This document shows positions 53,284 through 61,482 of a DNA stretch of 64,000 bases, one piece after another. The stretch is from Candidatus Poribacteria bacterium (lineage in GTDB: Bacteria; Poribacteria; WGA-4E; PCPOR2b): assembly GCA_965218095.1 (NCBI GenBank), contig OZ244587.1, forward strand, positions 3,296,001 through 3,360,000. The letters are read 5' to 3'. The notes under the pieces were generated by a model that was given only the letters and a program-made list of their open reading frames with translations, was not told the DNA's origin and searched no databases. Position 1 is the first letter of the stretch. Each line of letters starts with the position of its first letter. A program made the position numbers and the translations under genes.

Positions 53284-54222
53284 TTGAGGAAATACGTTGA
53301 GGTGCTCATCGCGCTAGTCTGCATCATCGGTTATCTGAGGTGTACTCAGGATAAAACGCAGCTTGGTTGGCAGAAGATCGAATCGGGAACAGAGGCGCAC
53401 TTATACGGTGTCCACTTCGTTGACGCCAAACACGGTTGGGCGGTCGGCGCAGACGGTGTGGTTTTAGTCACAGAAGATGGTGGTTTGAAATGGAAGGTGC
53501 AATCACCGAAAAAAGCCATTTCCAAGAATGCACTCAATAAGGTCCACTTCTCTACCCCAACCCACGGTTGGTCAGTCAGTCTCAGGGGACGCATCCACTA
53601 TACAGGAAGCGGCGGCAAATCGTGGACAGAGCAACAGGGTCACACGCAGAGCGGATTACTTGACCTCTATTTTACAAGTCCAACAGAAGGCTGGGCAGTC
53701 GGTGGGAGTGGCATCATCCTCCACACGGATAATGGTGGTGGTTTGTGGAGTCGCCAAGATGCGCCGTCGGCCGGTCACTTGTGGGCTGTTCACTTCGCTG
53801 ACGCGAAGAACGGTTGGGTTGTCGGCAGGGAGGGGAAGATTCTTCACACTGAAAACGGCGGCAAATTCTGGCGTGAACAGCGGAGCAATACCGATCAACC
53901 GCTGCTGGACGTTTATTTCGTTGACCCACAGAACGGCTGGGCTGTTGGGACAAACGGGCAGGTCTTACATACAACGGATGGTGGTGCAAACTGGAGACGG
54001 CAGAAAAGTAACACACAGAAGACCTTGCGTGGCGTTGCATTCCCAGGCGCCGAGCAGGGCTGGGCAATCGGCGAAGATGGATTAATCTTGCATACAACCG
54101 ACGGTGGGCAAACGTGGATGCCCCAACCGAGTGGATCAGAAGAACACCTTCTGGACATCTGTCTGTATAAAGATCGCAGTTGGATCGTTGGGGCAAAAGG
54201 CACAATTCTACGTCTCGGTTAG
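53284..54222 (+). CDS. YCF48-like BNR-repeat beta-propeller, probable lipoprotein
   Basis: Repeats L..V.F.D...GWAVG..G.ILHT.DGG..W..Q.S; GAGGA RBS. Confidence 0.88.
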   Translation: MRKYVEVLIALVCIIGYLRCTQDKTQLGWQKIESGTEAHLYGVHFVDAKHGWAVGADGVVLVTEDGGLKWKVQSPKKAISKNALNKVHFSTPTHGWSVSLRGRIHYTGSGGKSWTEQQGHTQSGLLDLYFTSPTEGWAVGGSGIILHTDNGGGLWSRQDAPSAGHLWAVHFADAKNGWVVGREGKILHTENGGKFWREQRSNTDQPLLDVYFVDPQNGWAVGTNGQVLHTTDGGANWRRQKSNTQKTLRGVAFPGAEQGWAIGEDGLILHTTDGGQTWMPQPSGSEEHLLDICLYKDRSWIVGAKGTILRLG

Positions 54223-54383
54223 TTTTCCAAAACCGGTCAGAAAAAGCCGCCACTTTGAAGTTTTTGAGCCTTACCGGAGACAAATATAGCGTATGGCGGG
54301 GTACGGAGTTTGCCCGATATGGTGCAATTCCGATATCTAGGAACTGACCAGAATGTGCTAAAAATGTAATCGAAATTGCATTT

Positions 54384-54429
54384 GGCGTCATTCTGGCTGC
54401 ACCGTAGGCGTCATTCTGGCTGCACCGTA
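54384..54429. repeat. Exact 23-bp tandem duplication
   Basis: GGCGTCATTCTGGCTGCACCGTA twice. Confidence 0.85.
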
Positions 54430-54676
54430 ATAGATGAATAATGAGCTTCTTCTTTTGCACAGAATGCGGCATAGAAGTTGCTTTAGCTTCAGCCGTATCC
54501 AATTGACCGGAGAAGCTCTCGAAGCCCTGTGATAAAATTGGCAGGCGTTATCGTCGTACTTGACGGGCTCTGGGTTGGGTGCCCCTTCGTGATTGTCAAA
54601 AGCTAAAAAGGGGAAAGCGTCACGAAACGCCGTTACGCATTACGTTTTACGCATCACGCATGAGGAGGTATATGAT

Positions 54677-55231
54677 ATGTGTTGGAGACAGATTCGCGTG
54701 TTAAGTCTGATCCTCTGTTTTCTGGTAGTTTTGGGCTGTTCAGACGACGACGGTGACGAGATAATAGAGATTGATGAGCCAACAGTTGACAATACAACAC
54801 CCCCCGATGCAAATGAAGATTCTTCGTTACCGCTCGCGCCCAACTTTACGTTACCAGATACAGAGCTTGAGGAGGTCAGCCTCTCAGACTACGAAGGCAA
54901 GGTCGTCCTTTTAGATTTTTGGGCGACGTATTGTAAACCGTGCGAAGAGGAGATTCCGCTTTTCGTCGAACTCTATGATGAGTATCGGGGGCAAGGGTTT
55001 GAGATGATTGGTATCTCCCTGGATGATGGGCTGGACGTCGTCGATCCCTTTATTCAGAGACTGGGCGTCAACTACACCATTTTACTGGCAGTCCCTGGAC
55101 TTGTTCAGAAATATAACATACCTGGGCTACCTGCTGCGTTCCTTATTAATCGTAGGGGAAGAATTGTGAAAGTATTCGATGGCGAACAAGAAAAAGCAAC
55201 CTATGAAAGTGAGTTGAAGAAATGGCTATAA
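54677..55231 (+). CDS. TlpA/ResA-family thiol-disulfide oxidoreductase lipoprotein
   Basis: GAGGAGG RBS; lipobox VLGC; APNFTLPD, VVLLDFWATYCKPC, GLPAAFLINR.G. Confidence 0.9.
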   Translation: MCWRQIRVLSLILCFLVVLGCSDDDGDEIIEIDEPTVDNTTPPDANEDSSLPLAPNFTLPDTELEEVSLSDYEGKVVLLDFWATYCKPCEEEIPLFVELYDEYRGQGFEMIGISLDDGLDVVDPFIQRLGVNYTILLAVPGLVQKYNIPGLPAAFLINRRGRIVKVFDGEQEKATYESELKKWL

Positions 55232-56415
55232 GGAATAAACCGATTTATCAAGCTTTGGCACTGATCTTCCTGGGAGCTGCGCTGATTGTGTGGTCCGGTT
55301 GTGGCAGTGACGATAATCCTATAGTAACAGAAGATACACTAGACGACGATTCGACCCCTACAATCGATGATCCGACTCCCGTAGTCTTGACCGGTAGCCT
55401 GAAAGGGCAAGTGGAAACCATTGAAGGCGTACCGATTAACATCCAGGTCCTGCAAAATGGCAAAGTGATCGCCTCCACCCAAACCAATGCCGATGGAAAT
55501 TACCAAATCGATAGCGTTGAACCGGGAACTTACACCGTTCAAATCACAGCGAAAGGCTATCGAGCCGCCGACCTGACCGTACAAGTTATCGCTGATCAGG
55601 TTAAGCCACTTGATAAGGTGGCGCTTGAGGCATTAGAAATTCCTGTTTCTCACATTCGAGGACGCTTATCAGACCAAGCGACGAAGAAACCCCTTGACCG
55701 GGTTCGTGTTCAACTTATCGATGACGCGGGCAATATCCGTGAGGCGCTGACAAAGGCAACAGGCGTCTTTGAATTTGAAAATGTCCCCGCAAATCAGCCA
55801 TTCACCGTACTGATCGATCACGATGGATACGAGCAGCAGGAAATTAAAATCGATCCAGTCCCGGCCGCTGAAGCCGCAAAGATCACAAACGAACTTGTGC
55901 CAGTTCAGCAAGGGGAACAACCCCCGGTCGGTGAGGGTCTGGCAATCGGCGCGAAAGCGCCAGATTTTCGTCTGCCCGATGGGGATGGGAAGATTCACGC
56001 CCTCGCCGATTATGCGGTGGAAAAAAAGATTGTGCTGGTGTTTTATCGAGGGATCTGGTGACCGCATTGCATCAATCAACTCGGAGAGTTGCAGAAAAAC
56101 TATAAAAGGATTCGAGCAGAAGGGGCGGAAGTTATCGCGATTAGTTCGGATACACAGGCGGAGACGAGACGGACTATTGAGAAGGTCGAAAGGCGCTTTG
56201 GTGCCGAAATACGGTTTCCTGTGCTTTCCGATGCGGAGACACAGACCATCGCCGCCTATAATGTAACCGATCCCCTCAATCACCGGCTTGCACGTCCGGT
56301 GACCTACATCATCAATGAGAGCGGGACGATTCGGTGGAAGTTCCTTGATGTGCGGGTCGGCAATCGGATAGCGCCCGACAAGGTTATTGATAAGTTGAAA
56401 AAATTTAATAAGTAA
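55222..56415 (+). CDS. Lipoprotein with two carboxypeptidase-regulatory-like domains plus an AhpC/TSA (peroxiredoxin-like) domain; candidate selenoprotein with Sec at codon 280 (UPHC)
   Basis: Lipobox WSGC; APDFRLPD...VLVFYRGIW-TGA-PHCINQLGELQ continues in frame to AISSD, FPVLSD, PVTYIINESGTIRW; hairpin CAACTC-GGA-GAGTTG. Confidence 0.88.
56077..56091 (+). promoter_or_regulatory. Putative bacterial SECIS hairpin
   Basis: Stem CAACTC/GAGTTG; loop GGA begins 21 nt after the UGA. Confidence 0.65.
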
Positions 56416-56431
56416 AGGTGACAAACGAGCT

Positions 56432-56653
56432 TTGCTCGCCACTTTCAAATGTCCAATCTTCCATGTAGAGATGTATGAAAATTTCCGTATTGCCGCATTG
56501 GATATTGATCTTCTTAAAGTTGCAGCGAACATTGGTGGTAACTTGGAAATGCACGATAAACTGATTGTAGCGACCGCGCTTTATTTTGATGCGCCTCTGA
56601 TTACCAGGGACGGAAAAATCACTCAAAGTGAAATCGTAAGCACTGTTTGGTAG
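56432..56653 (+). pseudogene. C-terminal remnant of a PIN-domain (VapC-like) toxin
   Basis: EMHDKLIVATALYFDAPLITRDGKI...TVW; N-terminal half absent. Confidence 0.65.
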
Positions 56654-56673
56654 CGTTAGAATTAACCAATCCA

Positions 56674-57855
56674 ATGGCAAGAACAACATCTTCAGTTAAT
56701 CAACCCGTATCAGATCCAATTGTGGAACAAATTCGAGCGGATTGCGATCAGATTTCACACATCAAAGCAACCGAGCCCCGATCGGTGAGTCGGCGGCGTT
56801 TTTTGCGTCAAACATCGCAAGGCGTGATTGGGGCGGGATTTGCCCTGGGGAGCCTATACTCAGCGACAAACAACGCTTTCGCTCAATTGGGTACGCCGCG
56901 CGGCACACTTCCAGAAGATCAGCTTCAAGATCAAGGGACGCCCGTGGTCGAAGCCACAAGTGAAAAGGCCTGGGAGGGTGATATACTCAATGAGCAGGTC
57001 GTCAGTGAGATGATCGATCGCGCGATAATGAAACTGACGGGACTCGACTCGGCGAAGGAGGCGTGGAAGGATTTTGTCCTGCCCAACGACATTGTCGGGA
57101 TTAAGATAAATCCCATCGGTGGGAAGCTGTTGAGTACGCATCGAATCATCGTCGATAAGATCGTCGATGGATTATACGGGGCGGGCGTCCTCAAAAATCA
57201 GATCATCATCTGGGATCGGTTTGAATCCCACCTGATTAACGCAGGTTACGAGATTAATCAAAGCGATCAAGGGGTGCGTTGCTTCGCATCGGACAGTCAA
57301 GGCGTTGGCTACGACGACGAAGTTTACTATGAAACCGAAAAGGATGTCGAGGTGCGCCGTGAGAACGAGAGCATCAGATCTCAATATACGAAGATACTCA
57401 CTCAAGAGGTGACGGCGATCATCAACGTTCCGGTGATGAAACATCACGGGATCACCGGCGTTAGCGGATGCCTGAAAAACCTTGCCTTTGGCAGCGTCGA
57501 TAACACCCGCCGCTTCCACTCAAATCCCCTGAATTGCAATCCTGCTATTGGCGACATTTTCGCGCACGCTATCCTGAAAGATAAAGTTGCTCTGAATGTC
57601 GTTGATGGGTTGCTCGCTTCGTTTGATGGTGGCCCCACATATGACCCCGATGGGGTGTGGAAGTATGGCGGCATCCTCATGAGTGTGGATCCAGTGGTGT
57701 TGGATCAGATCATTCTTCAAACGATTGAAGAGAAACGGAAGGAGCTCAAATTAGGGTCAATCACTCGATTGGAGAAATATATCCGCTCATCGTTCCAGCT
57801 AGGACTTGGCACGAATAACCTCGACGAAATCGATTATCGAGAAGTGAAGGTGTAG
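56674..57855 (+). CDS. DUF362 domain protein with a twin-arginine signal
   Basis: SRRRFL Tat motif; VGIKIN; INVPVMKHH...SGCLKNLAFG; SVDPVVLD. Confidence 0.85.
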   Translation: MARTTSSVNQPVSDPIVEQIRADCDQISHIKATEPRSVSRRRFLRQTSQGVIGAGFALGSLYSATNNAFAQLGTPRGTLPEDQLQDQGTPVVEATSEKAWEGDILNEQVVSEMIDRAIMKLTGLDSAKEAWKDFVLPNDIVGIKINPIGGKLLSTHRIIVDKIVDGLYGAGVLKNQIIIWDRFESHLINAGYEINQSDQGVRCFASDSQGVGYDDEVYYETEKDVEVRRENESIRSQYTKILTQEVTAIINVPVMKHHGITGVSGCLKNLAFGSVDNTRRFHSNPLNCNPAIGDIFAHAILKDKVALNVVDGLLASFDGGPTYDPDGVWKYGGILMSVDPVVLDQIILQTIEEKRKELKLGSITRLEKYIRSSFQLGLGTNNLDEIDYREVKV

Positions 57856-58047
57856 AAGGATGGAAGAAAAGTGAAGTCGATGGAAGAATGGAAGGAAGGG
57901 AAGAAAGGAAGGATGGAGGGATTCATTTCACATTTTACGTTTCACAGCTCCGTTCCGAGAGTCCGAGAATCGGAGTCTGTTACGCGAGACTAGGCTCTGC
58001 CCCGATCTATTGGGGTTTCACGCATCACGCAAGAGGAGGTCAGCCTC

Positions 58048-58287
58048 ATGAAGAGATTTTGGTTGGGCTGCATAGTTTTGGGGATACTTTTGGCATTAAT
58101 CAGTTTTTCCGGCTGCGTTACCACTTTTACACCGAGTGGACAACTTCAGCTTGGACTGTCTGCGTCGGCAAATGAAACGGCTGAAGTGCTTACGGACTTT
58201 GAAGCCAGCGAAGATAGAGCCATCGCGGGCGACGTCACCAAAAAGGCGGGCAGCAGTTGCGCGGGTGGCGTCTGCACAATCTACTAA
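58048..58287 (+). CDS. Small lipoprotein with a C-terminal CAGGVC motif
   Basis: GAGGAGG RBS; lipobox FSGC; ends SSCAGGVCTIY. Confidence 0.7.
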   Translation: MKRFWLGCIVLGILLALISFSGCVTTFTPSGQLQLGLSASANETAEVLTDFEASEDRAIAGDVTKKAGSSCAGGVCTIY

Positions 58288-58309
58288 CAAGTGATCTAAC
58301 TTTCGGCTT

Positions 58310-58745
58310 GCCCCCCCCCGGCCCCCCAATTCCCCGATGGATCGGGGCAGGCTTCAGGAATTTTGGCGATTCTCCCTTGCCCCCAAGGTTTCAGGGGCGG
58401 ATAGGCAATGCAAAACGCTCGGTGATGAACTCACCGAGCTACAGAACGGTGCCCGATAAAATCGGGCTAGAACCGAATCCGAGGTCTGATTCATCGGACG
58501 CCGCCTTGTAGCCTCCGATGGATCGGAGCAGAGCCTGCCCTCACGTAGCGGGGCTCTGCGATTTATCGCGGGGCGCCAATGCCCGTCATCACTCGTTTTT
58601 CCAACAAGGTGTCCGCCCCTGAACCCCCAAGGTTGGGGGATTAAGAAGGGCTGGGCAATTTACCAAAGTCAAACTAAAATTACCGATTCTAATTCATTGG
58701 GGCACGGTACGCTGCAAATTCGTTTTGCGGGCTGTGCCCCTATTT
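58310..58745. repeat. Cluster of nested REP-like palindromes
   Basis: CCCCGATGGATCGGGG, CTCCGATGGATCGGAG, CCCCCAAGGTTGGGGG, GGGGCAC...GTGCCCCTA. Confidence 0.65.
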
Positions 58746-58765
58746 CGTGAACAAGGAGAGCGCAA

Positions 58766-59989
58766 TTGCAACGACAGTCTCATCAATTACGACTCAAATC
58801 CCTCCTCTGGATCTACGCCATACTCTTTTTGTTGGTGAATGCGCCAATCACACCCGCCCAGCTCCAACGCCAATATGGTCGGGAGTTATTTCAACAGGAG
58901 GCGGAAGAACCAGCAGCCTTTGAATCTGATCTGACAATCGATTATCAGGCGAGCAACGTCTTTAATGATCACGTCGAATTTGGACTGAGTATTGATCCGA
59001 GTACAAGCAGCCTTGCCGGACGTGAAGACCCTCAACTTCAAGGCGTAATCAATCTTGCTGGCGTCAACTTTCAGGGAACTTTACCCCTTGGGAGACATTT
59101 CGGACTCAAGCTGCAATACTATCCGCAATTTGAAAATTATATCGGTGAAGATGGTCAACTCAACGAATTCGATGCGTTCACAGATCTCTTTTTGACAGAA
59201 CTCAGTTTTCGGCCAACGCTTCAACTGCCTGCCTTGACCGTATCACACCAGCTTCAGCGATTAGATCGGAAAGACGATGCTTTCGACAGCCTTCAACGTC
59301 AAATCGGTGTCCGCTTCGGCAGGCTAGTGGAGTATAATCTGCGCCTCCTGCGTTTCGATGACGATCAGACGCGGCGTGAAGATTTTCTACTCGTTGGCGC
59401 GACGAGCCACCAGGGACGCGCCCGGATACAGTTGGGGGTTCTAAAGAACGTGTTGGGGAAGTTGGAGTATTCAATCGAGCGGGAGAACTATAAGGATAAC
59501 CTGAATAACCTTGTGCTGGGTATCGCTGGGATAGAGCCGGAAGAATCTCGAACTGATGTGCGAAACTTTGCATCTGCGAAACTGATTGAAATCCCCACCA
59601 GTCGGCTTGTCTTGCAGCAGGAATTCAATCTGTTTCTAAACAGTTCAAATGTCGATTTCTATGACTTTTCCACGATTGAGGCGGCGGTCGGTACGTTTTA
59701 CAAAATCAACGGTGAGAGTTGGGCGCGTCTGCGGTTATCACGTTTGGATATAATTTTCGATGGACGCCGGGTGCGAGGTGTAGACGGCTTTGTTGATGCA
59801 AACGCGAAGAAGCGAAAGGATAATCAGTTCGGCTTAAAATTCCGGCTTAACTGGCAGTTCCGCAATTTCCTGACACTTTTTGCGGATTATCAACTCACGA
59901 CAAACGACACCAATGAAGAGAATGAAATCTTTGACTTTTTGAATTACACCAACAACATTGCGTCGCTGACTATCCAGGCGACCTATTAG
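58766..59989 (+). CDS. Putative outer-membrane beta-barrel protein
   Basis: Signal peptide, alternating amphipathic strands, C-terminal LTIQATY; AAGGAG RBS. Confidence 0.7.
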   Translation: MQRQSHQLRLKSLLWIYAILFLLVNAPITPAQLQRQYGRELFQQEAEEPAAFESDLTIDYQASNVFNDHVEFGLSIDPSTSSLAGREDPQLQGVINLAGVNFQGTLPLGRHFGLKLQYYPQFENYIGEDGQLNEFDAFTDLFLTELSFRPTLQLPALTVSHQLQRLDRKDDAFDSLQRQIGVRFGRLVEYNLRLLRFDDDQTRREDFLLVGATSHQGRARIQLGVLKNVLGKLEYSIERENYKDNLNNLVLGIAGIEPEESRTDVRNFASAKLIEIPTSRLVLQQEFNLFLNSSNVDFYDFSTIEAAVGTFYKINGESWARLRLSRLDIIFDGRRVRGVDGFVDANAKKRKDNQFGLKFRLNWQFRNFLTLFADYQLTTNDTNEENEIFDFLNYTNNIASLTIQATY

Positions 59990-60082
59990 AGCACGTCAGT
60001 CTCATTGAATAGGAAAATGTTGTCCTTTACGGAGAATACTTCATCGACCAAAACATTGACGAATTTTGAGGAAGGCAGGTAA

Positions 60083-60955
60083 ATGACGGACTTCACTACA
60101 ACCCTTAGCCAGATTAAGACACTGCTGGGAATCGCTGTTTTGCTGATTCTCTGGTGTTTAGAAACTTGGCTGCCTTTATTCGGAGCGCACCGGATGAATC
60201 GTCTGAGGCACGCCGGACGGAATCTAGCGATTACAGGATTCAACACCGTGACCGTTGGGCTGATGTTTTCCAGCCTCATTGCGGTGGTTGCCACTTGGAG
60301 CGGAAACCAAAAAGCCGGATTACTGCACCTTTTAGGCTGGCCTCTTTGGATAGAAACGCCGATCGCGATTCTTTTGTTTGATGGCTGGATGTATCTCTGG
60401 CACCGCGCTAACCACGTCATTCCGTTCCTCTGGCGATTTCATCGCATGCACCATACCGACTATGAAATGGATGTCACGACCGCAACACGATTTCACACCG
60501 GTGAACTCATCCTCTCGTCAGTCTTGAGACTGGTGCTCATTCCACTGTTGGGCCTCAATCTGTGGCAGGTCGTTCTGTATGAGGTGATTCTGCTGCCGGT
60601 GATCCAATTCCATCACAGCAATGTCAACTTGCCAGAAAGGTGGGATCGGTGTCTGAGGGCGCTGATCGTTTCTCCCAACATGCACCGGGTTCACCACTCG
60701 TGTTTTCAACCGGAAACGGACTCTAACTTTTCGAGTATCTTTTCGGTTTGGGATCGATTGGCGCACACGTTTCGCTGGCGGGAGGACGCGAGGACAATCG
60801 AGTTGGGATTGTCCGAGTTTGGCGACTCGCAATGGCAAACAATTTGGGGCATGCTGAAAACTCCCTTTCTGACACCGAAGAAGATAGTCAATAGACAGAA
60901 CGGGTTACCGTTCACGACACAGAGCAACCCCTTATCTCATGAGGAGAAATTGTAA
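60083..60955 (+). CDS. Sterol desaturase/fatty-acid hydroxylase family protein
   Basis: His boxes HRANH, HRMHH, HHSN, HRVHH; RFHTGE. Confidence 0.9.
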   Translation: MTDFTTTLSQIKTLLGIAVLLILWCLETWLPLFGAHRMNRLRHAGRNLAITGFNTVTVGLMFSSLIAVVATWSGNQKAGLLHLLGWPLWIETPIAILLFDGWMYLWHRANHVIPFLWRFHRMHHTDYEMDVTTATRFHTGELILSSVLRLVLIPLLGLNLWQVVLYEVILLPVIQFHHSNVNLPERWDRCLRALIVSPNMHRVHHSCFQPETDSNFSSIFSVWDRLAHTFRWREDARTIELGLSEFGDSQWQTIWGMLKTPFLTPKKIVNRQNGLPFTTQSNPLSHEEKL

Positions 60956-61482
60956 TGGCAGATGAAATTTCTCAAGTAGAGGGGAGGTTGCAACCCCACT
61001 CTACCTTACCAGAACGTATCTCCAACTGTCCAGAAACCCGCTCCGCTCGATGGCGACGGTGGGACTTCTGGTGTTTGGGGACAGGCAGCCTGACCGGGTT
61101 TCTTTTTCTTCGTCCCTGTTTGTCCCTAGAAGCGCTTCAGCAATCTATTGGCAGGGAGAAGGAAAGGGCTCTCTCACAAATCTCAGCTTGGCTTCATCCC
61201 CACTGCTCATTTTTACGTGGATAGAACAACTTTACAACTTGCCTGCTCATGTCATTGCCATTCATTATAGCATACCCTGAAAATACGGGGAATAGAAAAA
61301 TGATAGTTGAGCATAACTACGCAACCGTTCTAATGCCGGGCAGAGCGTGGAAATAAGCAGTGAAAATTTACGAAACTTCAACGGGATAGATACGTTGAGT
61401 TTGGTGAGAGAAGTTCTCAAAACTCCTTGTCAACCAAGTATTGTACAATTGATGAAAATTACCTAGGCGCCAAGCCGCTCGA

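Noticed and set aside
54384-54429. 23-bp direct repeat as a mini-CRISPR or att site
   Set aside because: Two abutting copies with no spacer; a simple tandem duplication
60955-61224. 89-aa ORF coupled to the desaturase stop
   Set aside because: It has an RBS and an overlapping start, but no recognisable family; may be a remnant and cannot be supported
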